A DNA stretch of 64,000 nucleotides, taken from assembly GCF_009914755.1 (NCBI RefSeq), contig NC_060938.1, one strand, 5' to 3'. Below are positions 30,883 through 49,500 of the stretch, in pieces. Every line of letters starts with the position of its first letter. Position 1 is the stretch's first letter. The translations under genes were made by a program, and so were the position numbers. The DNA comes from the human T2T-CHM13v2.0 reference genome, Homo sapiens. The notes under the pieces are model-generated. The model did not search any database, was not told where the DNA came from, and saw only the letters and a program-made list of their open reading frames with translations.

Positions 30883-33800
30883 CCTTATATGTACATCTCC
30901 TCCATATAATTTGTCTATTATGGTTTCTATTTATGGTGTGTCATCTTCTTCAGTAGAGCATATGAAGGCAGGGACTTTTGTCTGTTTATATATCCCCAGG
31001 ATGAAAAATAAAAAGTGCCTGCCACATAGTAGATAATAAATGTGTTGAATGAATGAACTTGGCAAAAGCAGCTGCTTTTTGGGATTCCTACTGGTAAAAT
31101 GACAGATTCTCAGTCCTACTGGTTGTTTTTTTAATTGACTTAATTGAGGATGGCAAAATCATCAGTTGGTATATAAAGAAAGTAAGTGCATGAGTTGTGT
31201 TGTATACAGTTTTCTGGAACCTCCTTGCTTGTTTGGCAATAAACAGGGAACTCAGATTCAGATGAAGAGTCATGAGATTATGCAGATATTATCAATGGAA
31301 CTGGTTCTTTAGATCTTAAAATCGAGAGTACTAAATGATAAAAATGCATACAGAGATTCTCAGATACAGACTTGGACATGTAGCTGATTTTTAACATAAG
31401 TGGTTTAAAAGGTTTTTGTTGTCAACATTGTGGCCCAAAAAGTTGAGTTTCAGGGTATGAGGGTACTGTGGTGATGGAGGATGGATGAGGAAGGAAGTGA
31501 AGGCATCAAGATCTCCCATCTTGTGAGAGTTGAACGGTGCTTCGGGGTCATCTAGATGTGAGAGTACATTTCTACTAATCTAAACTTTTTACAAAATGCT
31601 AAAACATGAGACAAAGCGATAACATTTAATGAAGATAAAGCTTATAATGTTCTAAAGGTTTCAGATAAGCTGATGGTAGTCTTCTATTGAGTTCTAGGGC
31701 GTAAGGTAGTTTATGAATGGTTATTTTTATTATCTAAAGATATATTTGACCTTTAGAATTCAGTGACAATAAAGATGATAGATAATGTCTTAGGAAGATA
31801 TTAAGAAACCTAGAAAATACTATAGAAATCAGATATGCCAACTTTTTATATGAGCCTAAGTCCAAAGCTTACACGACCTGCCCAGTATCTATCACACAGC
31901 TAGTTAACGGCAGAGTTGGGATGAATTTTTGTCACAGATTTTCACTGAAGTATCAATAGGAGACGAATGTACAAGCCTCTCTTTGGAGATAACCCAGGGA
32001 GCAATTACGAACTTGTTTTGAGGTCTGCATTTTATCTTAAAAATTTCAAAAGTCACGCAGTTATTTCATCCTATACAAAGTATTTATGTCTTTCTCTTTT
32101 TATGTGTGTAAGTATGTGCATTATTTTAGTCTTGCAAAAATGTGCTTACTTGAGGAATTGCCTTTTGGAAGTTGAGAAAATGAACAGAATGAGAGATCAC
32201 TGTTGATTATTGTCTTAGAAGAAGTGTCAGCAAATCAAAGTTTTAAAGAAACTGAAATGAGGAAATGTATCTACTTGATCTGTTCTAAAATTACATTAGA
32301 GGAAATTAATGATAGCACAGTGAAAAAAACTTAGAAAATATTTTAAACCTTAAGAAAGGATTGTTATTTATGCCATTCTTCGTAAGGGTAGTAAGACATC
32401 ATATTTTGTGTCTTTTTCCTAGATGTACTGGTTTTGGCAGCAGTTTTTGAAAAGAGAGATGATTTGTATATATAGTTTATATATATTTTTTTTTCCTGAG
32501 GATAAAATTATACTGGTATGGAGAAAGACAGCAAACCTCACTGTACCCTTCCCCCTTCACTAGGGATATGATAAAGGTTTTTACTTCTTAATCTTTTATG
32601 TAAATTTTGCTTTTGCAGCACATGGTTAAATGAGATATTGATCATGCAACTGAGTTGTAACTCAATTTTAGTATACTCCAAAATGTAGTTTTCACAGTTG
32701 ATAAGAAAGCAGGTGTACTATTAGGAGCACTGGGCTGGCAGTCAGGAGGTTTTGACTTAATTTTATTGGTAAAATTAAGAGTATTACAGTGGTAATGGGG
32801 TATTGGGTCTTTTTTGGCTCTACAAGCTTATGGTCTGTATTTGTTCATGATATGCTTAGTGCTTCCATACATATACTTTCTAAAATTCACATTTACAAAT
32901 AGTGTGTGTGTATTTCACATTTCAGTGGCTCCATGTAACAACAGTTCCCTTGAGATGGCTATCTGAGAACCTGGGCCCCTCACTTTATCCTGGTCAACGG
33001 GTTTTCCTGTGTGACTACCAGATAAGTCATTACGTAAGAACTTGCTGTGCAGTCACTGGTGGCCTATCAAGGGCCTTTTTCTACTACGTGGGGTGAACTG
33101 TATGAGCCTTTTAGCAGTTTTTGAGAAAAAAGCCTCCTGAGACCTTAGGATTTTTAAGTGGGCCTGGAATCTTTAGGAACTGGACAGTAGCTACCCCTGA
33201 GCAGTTTGCCATGTGGGGTCCTTACATCACCATTGGAAGCAGCTGCCTGAATTTTTATTGTCTTGCACTAGCAGGTTTTCCAGTGCTTTAAGGATTTAAG
33301 ATTCAGTTGGGCAGCAGTGTATGCACAATTGTTTTACCATGCTAGTATCATGTACTAGTGGTCTTTTCTCACTGAAGGCATACTGTTGCGTGTGATATTT
33401 TCAGTTAAATGCGTCACACTAGCTAATTTAGTAGCTTTAGGTGGACACGCAGACATACCCTACAGAAATATTGGGTTCATACTCCATTCTGGTGGAGTCA
33501 CATGTTTAGAAGTTCACATGTGGTCTCTGTTGGCGGCCCGTCATGGCAAATGGTGAGTGCCATGTGGCTGGGGAAGAGATGCTGCTGTGTTCAAGGAGCC
33601 GGCATGTGTGTTGCCACTGGAGTTTCGTACTTGAGAGATGAGTTTGCTGTTTTTTTAGAAATCAGCTCCACAATCAGAGATAGTTTTAATGCCCTTGAAT
33701 TATTTTGTGATTTAGCTCGTACTATTTATCACATCTTTTGGATTTGAAGTTTTAAAAAATGGGCAGTTTGATCAAGTATGGTGTAGATAGAATAAACCAA

Positions 33801-35442
33801 AGGTTCCCTGTGAAAGACTTCCTTTGAGGCTAGAGAAAGCCTTTATTCCTCTTTCATTCCACTAAGGTATGGCAGTGTTAAAGCAGATGGAAGGCTGGGG
33901 TTTGAGCTGAAGTTGTGTGAAAGCTTCACCAGCCAATTGGCTGACTCTAATGGTGAGACAGGAAGAACCACCCACGTTTTCCATTTTGGATTTGAGTCAC
34001 AGAAAACAGGTTTCCTGCAGAAACCATTTGGCTTTAACAAATTTACGGAAATTTCATCTTTGATCAAATTGATATTTTTATCTGCATTGTACATGTATCT
34101 CAAATTAATTATTTCCCCCTTTTCAATCTTTGCATGTATTTCAGATGAATTATTTCCCCCTTTTCAATCTTTAGGTGAAATTTCCAATTAAAATATCCTG
34201 TAGTGTTGACTGTAGTCTAATTTCCAAGATTTTTATGAAAAGTAGAATCAAAGGACTATACTTTCAGGTAACGATGTAATTTCACTTTATCTTAATAATT
34301 CACAGATACTTTTGCAGGAGTCTGGAGTTTCTCAGGCTTCTGTAATAGAAGTATAGGTGAATTTTTTGAAAAGTGGCAACTTGAATTCTCCAGACAGATT
34401 TCCATCTGTTTGGTATTAGCTGAGGTGTTAGTGGGGTTGGTTACTTAAAACAATTAGAGAAGCAATATGTAATGGCAGTTACGTGTGCACACACACGCAC
34501 ACTCACAGTCTCACTCATTTAAAATGGCTTGTAAAACTGTATTTACCTTTTTTGGGAAAGGGATTATCCTTTCTTCTAATACTTATCACCTTCATCCAGT
34601 GATTGATTGATCAAGCTGTCATCAGTCAATCTGTTTTCTGTTTGCTTAAAGCTTAAAGACATGGATGGTTTTAAGAATAATTTCTCTACCTCTCTGTGGC
34701 ATACCAAAGTACTATAATAGTTCTGGGTATGAGAAGACTGTAGAAAAAGATCTGTACTTGAAATAATTTGGAATTTACAGAGCTTGTATTTAGAAATGAG
34801 TTTTCCCTAGGAGGAAAGGGAACTATGCCAAACAAAGACAGAAACAACGTAATCACCCTCCCCTCCCATCCAGAAAACCACATTGCATAGAAAAAATTGT
34901 GCTGAGTTGAGATTGTCATAGTGTTTCTGGATACAAGTGAAAACATATTTTAGAGAAGTAACACATTGGCTTTTTAAACAACTACCTAATTTGCCTAATT
35001 GATCATGAGGTACTGAATCACTTATAAGTTAGTTTTTGAGCCTCTTTAGGATGCTTAATTTTCAAGCTCAAAATGTGTAAAGGTCAATTTTAAATGATTG
35101 TCATCTTTTGAAGAAGGACATTGGCAACTGAGTAAATAATCCACAAATCACTGATTAGTAATGTGTTGTAGGATGACTCCTATAGCAGATTTTATTTCCT
35201 AACTATATTACCAGTTAACAGAAATTAGTTTGCAAAACTTGAATGCACCAGCAAAGTGTCAGCCCAGAAACAGGCTTGGGATTTATAACAAGGTACAGAT
35301 GATGTGTGGACCTATTTTCTTTCTAGTCCCGGGATCAGCCTTAATCAGATCCTGTAATTACTTCTTTACTAGTTTCCCTCCATCAGTTCTTCTTTCCTGT
35401 TTCCCTTGCTAGAACACTTCAGGGCCTCCTCCTTATCTACAG

Positions 35443-36174
35443 CAGTGGTTCTGAAACTCTCTTGGTCTCAGAAACCTTTTACGCTGTTAAAAAATTATTG
35501 GGGACTCAGGAGAGTTTTTGTTTATGTCTGTTACATTCATGACTATTTACTGTATTAGAAGTATTAAAATGGAGAAAATATAAAACCTAAGAATATACAA
35601 GCACACATTCCTTAGTTGCAGAATGATGGCATCATCACAGTCATGTGGCTTCTGGCAAACACTGTACTCTTAACGGGAGTGAAAAAGGCAAGTGACGTTA
35701 TTTTTGAAAGTTAGATTTATCAAGGTTTAATTCATATTCAGGGAAACCCACCCTTTTTAATGTAAACACATATGGTTGTAAATACAGTGCAGATATGAAA
35801 CATTTCCATCTTTCCCAAATGTTCCCCTCCCCAACCCCTGCACCCTCTGACCTATTTTCTCTTCCCACCCTTAGTCTGGCCGTTTCATGACTGTCGTATA
35901 AATGGAATTATACAGTATATAGCCTTTTGAATCTGGCTACTTTCATTTAACATAAGACATTTGAGATTCAGTTGTGTTGTGTGTGTCACTAATTTATTTT
36001 TATTGCTGAGTCCTGTCCCAGTATATGAATATATCACAGTTTGTGCACTTATCAGTTAAAGGATATTTGGGTTGTTTCTAATTTTTGGTGATTATGTGTC
36101 TTGGTTTTATTATTAACATAATTATGACCTTGCAGACTCCTCAGAGCCCTGAGACCTCTTGCTGAGAACCTCTG
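35443..36174. mobile_element. hAT-Charlie family non-autonomous DNA transposon interrupted by an L1M fragment (about 35700-36100)
   Basis: Termini cagtggttctgaaac...gagaacctctg; 8-bp TSD atctacag / gcctacag. Confidence 0.7.
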
Positions 36175-36212
36175 GCCTACAGCACATCATCTGCATATTC
36201 CAGCAGAACATC

Positions 36213-36788
<576 letters not shown>

Positions 36789-37195
36789 TAGAACATCTTG
36801 AATTACTTGCCTACCTATGCTGTGCCCCACTGTCGATAATGCCAAAATCTAGCTCAAGAGTCTCCTCTGCACGGCCTTTTCAAAGCCCTCTTTCCACTAT
36901 TGCCCGTAGGCACTTTGAGACCCTGAGGTTATTAGTCATGACTGCCTTTGTGTCGTCTGTGTGCCTTTTCTCACTGCTCAGTAGTTGTTTGATGACATGG
37001 TAGTTTCTCAGCTTCTCTCTATCCCAGTGGAGCATACAAGTTTAGTACATGTTTAAATTAATAAATAATAATTCCTTTGCATTTCTAAGGCATTTTGTTG
37101 TTTATATATTATTGCATTCTTCCTTCAACTATGTGAAGTATGTAGCACACATGGTTTTTAACATTTTTTATTTTTATCAGGCAAGGCTATTAAGT

Positions 37196-37532
<337 letters not shown>

Positions 37533-37874
37533 TAACCTGGGGAGCTTTTAATAGAAGTCCTGATAGCCCAGACCAATTAAGTCTTAATCTCTAGAGGTCA
37601 GGCCTGGGTAATTAGTATTTTTTAAAAGCATCACTGTTGAATCTGTTGTGCAGCTACAGATAATTACTGTTGTGGAGTTTGACTTATCATGAAGTCTTAG
37701 TGGTGGTGTAGTCAAGACTAGAATCCAGGTCTTTTGACTCCTATTCTACTGCCTTTTCCTCTGCACTTTGAACTTTCACAGGAACCAGAAGCACTGCAGA
37801 GAGAGAGAATGCCTTGGTATAGATGCCAGTGTTTTCAGTTTTTGGAGGTGCTGTAGTATAAACATTGAATTTAG

Positions 37875-38191
<317 letters not shown>

Positions 38192-38765
38192 TGGCTCTGC
38201 ATTTATTAACTGTGGATTAATAACTACTTGAGTCTGTTCTCTCTTTAAAAGTAAGGACACTACTGTAATTTCTAAAGCTTATTGTGGGGATCAAGTTAAG
38301 TAATATGTTAAAGGATTTTTGTAAAGTATAAAGTGCTTTTTAAAACTTATTTTTACTCAGTTTTAACCTAGTGCGTTTATTAGCTTGCTTTTCTTGGGAT
38401 CTATAAGTTACACAAGAAATATATAAATATGGTCTCACAGAAATCGTCAAATAACACAAAATTATGCAGAATAATGCCCAGAGGTCACTGTTAGTTGCAT
38501 ACTTTTAATCCTTTGGTATGCATGTAAGTGCATAAATATGTATGTATGTGACATACATTTTTTTGGTTGTCTTAACATAAATAGTAATACTTTGTGTGTT
38601 TGTGCCTTTTTATTTTAAACTTAACAGCATGTCTTCGATCATTCCATGTAAGGATATATAAACTTCTCTCATTCTTTTAATAGCTGTATACATTTTTTCA
38701 TATATTCCCATTGGATGGACGTTTAGCCTGTTTCTAATTTTTCACTTTTATAAAAAAGCTAATGA

Positions 38766-39378
<613 letters not shown>

Positions 39379-39617
39379 TTCCTTTTTTTTTTTTTTTTTT
39401 TAATTAAAACATTAGTTAATTCTTATTAAAAGATTTATTTCCGGGGCATTGGGGGTTAAGTAGTAAATGTCTTCAGTGTGAAATCTTAAACCTTTTTTAC
39501 TCAAGTCAGAATAGAACTTAGACTTTTTCGTTGTTGTTAGAAAATATACTAGACCTTTTCTGGGGCAGCTTTTATGTTTTTTGTACATTTTGTTTGTTTT
39601 ATTTTTGTGGTATTCTT

Positions 39618-41938
<2,321 letters not shown>

Positions 41939-42855
41939 TCACTATTGGGATAGACTTTTAAAGACAGGTGTGTGCATTGCTTAAGTGTAACTCCTTTAGT
42001 GTGACTGCTGTATAATTGCCCTTCAGTAGTAACACCAACACAACAGTAAGGGGCAGTACTTATTTTTGGTGGCTACTAAGAGCTTATTATACATATATGT
42101 ACTAAGAGCATACATTATCTCATTTCTTCATGTGGGTGTTACTCAGGTGAAGTTGAAGCGTTTAGAAATGGAGAGTCAGAGAGGCCAACTTGCGTGCCCA
42201 AGGTCAGTTATGAATCTAGGATTCAAAGGTCTTGCTTCCAACTGTGATGCTCAACAGTCGCCCAGGATTTTGCCAAATCATAAATGGTACCTTGTGTCTG
42301 TGACATCACAGTTTAGTTTCTATGTTATTTATATTTGTATATCTTGTTTTTAAATAGTAATAATTTAACATAAGCAGAAATAGTCCAGGCTCTGCAGTAT
42401 CTATTCTATAGAAAGTACTTATAATAAAAGTGATATACATTAATACTATAATATAAAGGCAAATACTAAATGAATTTAATAATAAGAGTGGTATTTTGGA
42501 GTGAAAAAGGCCACTAAATGGGGGAAGTTGATCTTTAATTCTATTTATTAAATAACAGGATGACCTTGATAAATAATGCTGTTTTCTCATTGGTGACATA
42601 CTATTAGACTAAGTAGTTCACTTTATATTTAATCAGCCATTATCCTGAGTATTATTAGTGTGAATAAGAAATACTTGTTAGAACATTGGGCAGTGGTAAT
42701 CAAAATGAATTTCGAAGTGGAATTGTAGTAATGGTTGCCTTACCTTGAGTAATGATAAGGACAATATTTCTGTAATGGATTGTTTATTCATGAAAGATGA
42801 AAGATTAAAATGGTCTGTCTCTACTGATGAAAGTAACAGAAGGCAGCCTCAAAGT

Positions 42856-43215
<360 letters not shown>

Positions 43216-44502
43216 TAGGCATAATTGAGTGTTTTATGGAGCTATGGATGGTTGTTTCTCAATAATGTTCACTATAATTGGAGTTTAAGCAAAGGTATGG
43301 TTTCACATGTATTCTTTGTATACTCTTGTGTCACATTTCACTTGAGTGGTAAAATAAAACAGTTCTAAGTGGCATAGTCTAGAGGTCAGGTGATGGTGTC
43401 AGCCTCTTAACCCTTACTTGATCTCCTTAATGCATCTCAAGTTTAACATGATTGCTGAATGGTTGAAACAAATCTGATGAACTCAGACTTATTTGCTGAA
43501 CCCTTTATTTTATTAAGAGGTTAGAAAATATGAGAAACCACAGTTCAGATATTATGATACTGTCTCGTTCATGGTTTTAATTTTTTAAAGGACATGTTTT
43601 TGGTCAGTATATACTGGGTGATTGCCTGACAGAAGAGAATGAGTATGCTGGCTCACCTTCCTGTGTAGACTTGTGCACTCAGAATTAGTCAGCTTCCAGG
43701 AAGCAATTGGGTGGTAATGACTTTTAGTTGCTATCAGTATGCATAGATTCAAATAAAACCTTGGGCATTCTGCTCTGAACAATACATTTAAACAAAATTC
43801 TCAATTTCTTTTTTTCTCCCGTATCCAGATTAATTTACTTGAATAGACTCAGAAACAACATTATACTTTATTGCCATCTACAAGGAGCTGTTTTTTGAGA
43901 TGACATTCCTCTTAGAGGAATTTACTTCTTTTTCCAAAATTTACAATTCGCTATTTCTGTCTGTGTTCTACATTTACGTTTTCAGTACGTAGAATTTAAA
44001 TATTCATGTACATTCTGTCCTAGTGACTAAGGAGCATTATGTAAGGAATTTTTCTTCCTCTTTCAGTATATTGACATCACATTCCTTGGCCTAGTATTCA
44101 TTTTGTGTTTGTATTTCAGTGTAATCCTAACAAGTCCATTCAAGCAGTAGTTGAACCGAGGTTAAGTGGTATTATGGTTGTTTGGCAAGTTATAGCCATA
44201 AACACTTACTTTTAAACACAGAATGGCCTGGGGTGTCTGTAATATTCAGTTGCATAATCACAGATTATGCTTTACAAACACAGGAATAAGTACCTGGGTC
44301 ACATAAATCTTCAGTGAGAAATTGCTCCAGAGGATGGAGCCTACATCTGTAGAGTTCCCTTGAGTGTTTTCTTAGGTATATTAACATTTTTCATTTAATT
44401 GAAATGTTTCTGATTGGATGGAACTGTGGATAGTATTTTAGAATTTCCAGATAATCTCCTAACAAACATCTAAAGGAATGGGTTGAAATGTTACCAGTGT
44501 TG

Positions 44503-45158
<656 letters not shown>

Positions 45159-45256
45159 TTAAAAATGTATATACTTTTCAAAATTTTATATTTTTTCTCC
45201 TCTCTTCTTCCTTCCTGATACCTTTGTGATTTGAAAGCTATTTAAAATGAAACCCT

Positions 45257-45389
45257 GGTTGGGCTCAGTGGCTCATGCCTGTAATTCTAGCACTTTGGGA
45301 GGCTGAGGCAGGAGGATTGCTTGAGGCCAGGAGTTCAAGACCAGCCTGGGTAACATAATGAAATGTCCCTACAAAAAGTTAAGAAAAAA
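45257..45389 (+). mobile_element. Alu left monomer (FLAM-like)
   Basis: ggttgggctcagtggctcatgcc...accagcctgggtaacata. Confidence 0.8.
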
Positions 45390-45936
45390 TCCTTAGACTC
45401 AGTTCACCCTCTGCACACTGGCTGGAGTGGAGTTTAGAGTCATTCTGTTTGAAATGACTGGTAAAGTGTCCATTCAGGGCAGCTCTGCTATGAATGCAAG
45501 GAAGTGGTCTTTGGAGCTCTTGTGTAGTATTTGAAAGTACTTCGTGTTACTGCAGACAGCCAAAGAACTGAAATAGAATGCCTGTGATCATGTTTAGAAG
45601 ATCCCATGGGCATATTGTATATTCTTTAGAATGATGTCAGTATTTTTGACAAAATTTTTTTACTTAACTGCCATTTGCAGTATTTATCAGGAAACCGGAG
45701 ATATTTGATATAGGACTGTTTTTGTAGTATTTTACTAAATGCTTTTATTGAACGATTCATTCTTCAATTTATCAGTAAGAGTTAATTTTTTGTAATTATT
45801 TATATACTCTTATATGTTTTATTCCAACTAATTTTGTCGGTAAACTTATTTGGAGAAATCGTATTCAGTTAAAAGTATTTTCTTGATAGAGCCTTCAAGG
45901 TTGCACACTATAGATTTTTATTTATAGTATTTATTA

Positions 45937-46024
45937 TTTTTTATAAATCTATAGTTTTATTAAGACAGAAACTGACAGTGTGGTATGAAGTTTACATTTA
46001 AACAAAGTTTTCACAGAAATCTAA
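45937..46024 (-). pseudogene. About 80-bp retroposed mRNA 3' end (resembles PPP1R2 3' terminus from memory, unverified)
   Basis: AATAAA on - (45956-45961) about 13 nt before a short A-run; degenerate TSD agta(tt)tattattttt at 45926 and 46025 ending in TTTT/AA. Confidence 0.55.
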
Positions 46025-47823
46025 AGTATATTATTTTTAATTTTTAATTTTAGTAAAGTGGTCATGCCTGGTTTAAATTGTAAGTAAATAGTAATACAAG
46101 GCTTGGAAAGAAAAATTCCTATGCTGTATGCTTCCTGCTTCTCTCTCTGAGGCAACCGTTTTGAAAGTTTTTTTTTTTTTTTTTGCTGTTTCTAGTCGCA
46201 TTCACTGCCATATATCTAAATAATATATTTTCACTCCTATAGCCTGTAGTTTTCAATTGCAAACATTATATTTTGACTTCTTCCTATACAAGGTAAGGAT
46301 TTGGCTCCTCCTATTTCCCTTTCCCCATCCTCTCAATGATAATTTTACCTAAGTTTTGGTCAAGCCATCATTCAGTATTTACAGTATTATCATTTGAATG
46401 TTGATGACAGTGACCACAGAGTTTTCAGTGATCATAATTTCTTTCTCCAACTGTTTCTCCAATAGAGACAGACCATTTTATTTGCTTAGCTTTCTATTTA
46501 TCAAACAATAATTTTGTTCTAAATATTCTTATAGAACTATAACAACTCAAAGGGTAAAGCAGATTAGAGAATTCTTCAGTTCTGGTTTTCTCTTGGCACT
46601 GTCTCTTTCGGGGTTCTGTGTCCTGTTGGTTCTGAGCTGCTTGCTTTCTAGCCTCTGGGGAGCTGCCATTTTGGAACTTCTTTTTACCACCATCTTGGGG
46701 ATTCTCTTGGGCTTTTTCCTTTGGTGGACTTTCTATTTCCTAGATTCTGTGTGGTCATCTTTCTTTATTTTCCCATTTTGGTGGGAAAGAGATATATAAG
46801 TATTAATATATACCAATATCCATCTGCCCATGAGTGGGATTTAAAGCAAACTTTTATTTCCTAATTGTCTGCTACTAATATGTAAGAATATACTTGATTT
46901 TTTTTTACATCAGCTTTGTATCCTGCAATCTTGTTAAATTCATTTCTTATAATAGTGTAGTTGTTTTTTAGATTCTGGAATTTTCTACACAAATGATCAT
47001 GTTCCACAAATAAGAGATTTTACTTCTTTATTTCCGATCTTTATGCTTTACACCTCTTTTTCTTGCTTTATTCCAGTATAGTGTTGACTAGAAAGTGGTG
47101 ATATCAAGCATTCTTGCTTTACTCTTCTCAGGAGAAAATAATTCAGTCTTTTGCCTTTAAGTATTATATTGGTTTTAGCTTTTTGTATTTGTCCTCAGTT
47201 ATTTGATAAAGTTCTTTACTCTTCTAGTGTGTGGAGAATTTTTATCATGAATGTCTATTGGATTTTGTCAAATACCTTTTCTGTGTCTATTAGACTGATC
47301 CTGAGCATTTTCTTCTTTAATCTGTTAATATGATGTATTACACGGATTGATTTTTAAATGTTAAACCAAAAATGCATTATTGTGATAACTGTGGTGGCTC
47401 ATGGTATACCTTTTTATATAGTATTGGATTTAATTTGCTAAAATTTTGTTAAAGATTTTTGTGCCTCAATTAATGGTCTGTGATTCTTATTTTTTGTTTA
47501 GTGTCAGCATTATGCTATCCTTATAAAATGAGTTGGGCTTTGATCCCTTTTCTGTTTTCTGAAAAAGTGTATGTAGAATTGGTTTAATCTTTTTCTTGAA
47601 TGTTTCATAGAATTTGCCAGTGAAATCATATGGACTTAGAATTTCCATTTTTGAAATATTTTAAATAACAGATTTGATGTCTTTAAAAAATATATGGCTA
47701 CTTAGACTTTTTCTTTCTTGTGTTATTTTTGATAGGTTCAATTTTCCAAGAAATTTGTCCATTTCATGTAAGTTGTTGAGTTTGTTGGCATAGTTAAACA
47801 TTGTGTTCTCTTATAATCTTCTT

Positions 47824-48034
47824 TTTTTTTTTCTAGTAGGCATGTTGGGTTTACTTTGATTAGCAAATTGGCTTTTACAATTATTAGAAAATCATTTATT
47901 TGCCAGTATTTAAAAATCAGGAGGTTCCACGTGATCCAGATTTAAGCTACTCTTGAAAAACTAAAAAATCAGGCAACTTTTTTTTTTTTAAGTATTCCTT
48001 TTTCTTTTTAATCTCACCAGCATCAGTTATTTCA
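47824..48034 (-). other. 3' transduced sequence carried by the SVA
   Basis: Lies inside TSD taatcttctt (47814-47823 / 49501-49510) but downstream of the SVA's own tail. Confidence 0.8.
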
Positions 48035-49500
48035 TTTATTTATTTTTTTTTAGTATTTATTGATCATTCTTGGGTGTTTCTCCGAGAGGGGGATTTGGCA
48101 GGGTCATAGGACAATAGTGGAGAGAAGGTCAGCAGATAAACAGGTGAACAAAGGTCTCTGGTTTTCCTAGGCAGAGGACCCTGCGGCCTTCCTTAGTGTT
48201 TGTGTCCCTGGGTACTTGAGATTAGGGAGTGGTGATGACTCTTAACGAGCATGCTGCCTTCAAGCATCGTTTCCATTTAACCCTGAGTTGACACAGCACA
48301 TGTTTCAGAGAGCACGGGGTTGGGGGTAAGATTATAGATTAACAGCATCCCAAGGCAGAGAAATTTTTCTTAGTACAGAACAAAATGGAGTGTCCTATGT
48401 CTACTTCTTTCTACACAGACACAGTAACAATCTGATCTCTCTTTCTTTTCCCCACATTTCCCCCTTTCTATTCGACAAAACCACCATCGTCATTATGGCC
48501 CGTTCTCAGTGAGCTGTTGGGTACACCTCCCAGACGGGGTGGCAGCTGGGCAGAGGGGCTCCTCACTTTCCAGATGTGGCGGCCGGGCAGAGGGGCCCCC
48601 CCACCCCCCAGATGGGGCGGCCAGGCAGAGGCAGCCCCCACCTCCCAGATGGGGCGGCGGCCGGGTGGGGGCGCCCCCCCACCTCCCAGATGGGGTGGCG
48701 GCTGGGCGGGGGTGCCCCCCCACCTCCCAGACGGGGCGGCGGCCGGACGGGGGCGTTCTCCACTTCTCAGACAGGGCGGCTGCCGGGTGGAGGGGCTCCT
48801 CAACTTCTCAGACGGGGCGGCCGGGCGGAGGCACTCCTCAGTTCCCAGACGGGGTCGCGGCCGGGCAGAGGCACTCCTCACCTCCCAGACAGGGTGGCAG
48901 CCGGGTAGAGATGCTCCTCACTTCCCAGACTGGGCGGCCAGGCAGAGACGCTCCTCACTTCCCAGACTGGGTGGCCAGGCAGAGGGGCTCCTCACATCCC
49001 AGACCATGGGCAGCCAGGCAGAGACGCTCCTCACTTCCTACACGGGGTGGCGGCCGGGCAGAGGCTGCAATCTCAGCACTTTGGGAGGCCAAGGCAGGCG
49101 GCTGGGAGGTGGAGGTTGTAGCGAGCTGAGATCACGCCACTGCACTCCAGCGTGGGCAACATTGAGCACTGAGTGAGTGAGACTCCGTCTGCAATCCTGG
49201 CACCTCGGGAGGCCGAGGCGGGCAGATCACCCGAGTTCAGGAGCTGGAGACCAGTCCGGCCAACACGGCGAAACCCCGTCTCCACCAAAAAATACAAAAA
49301 CCAGTCAGGCGTGGCGGCGCGTGCCTGCAATCCCAGGCACTCGGCAGGCTGAGGCAGGAGAATCAGGCAGGGAGGTTGCAGTGAGCCGAGATCGCAGCAG
49401 TACAGTCCAGCCTCGGCAACCGAGGGAGACCGTGGAAAGCAGGAGATGGAGACGAGGGAGAGGGGGAGACAGTGGAAAGAAGGAGAGGGAGAGGGAGAGC
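48035..49500 (-). mobile_element. Full-length SVA retrotransposon (older SVA_A/B-like)
   Basis: On -: (CCCTCT)-like head about 49453-49499, Alu-like domain about 49060-49430, GC-rich VNTR about 48520-49060, SINE-R about 48052-48520, AATAAA 48056-48061 and tail. Confidence 0.95.
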
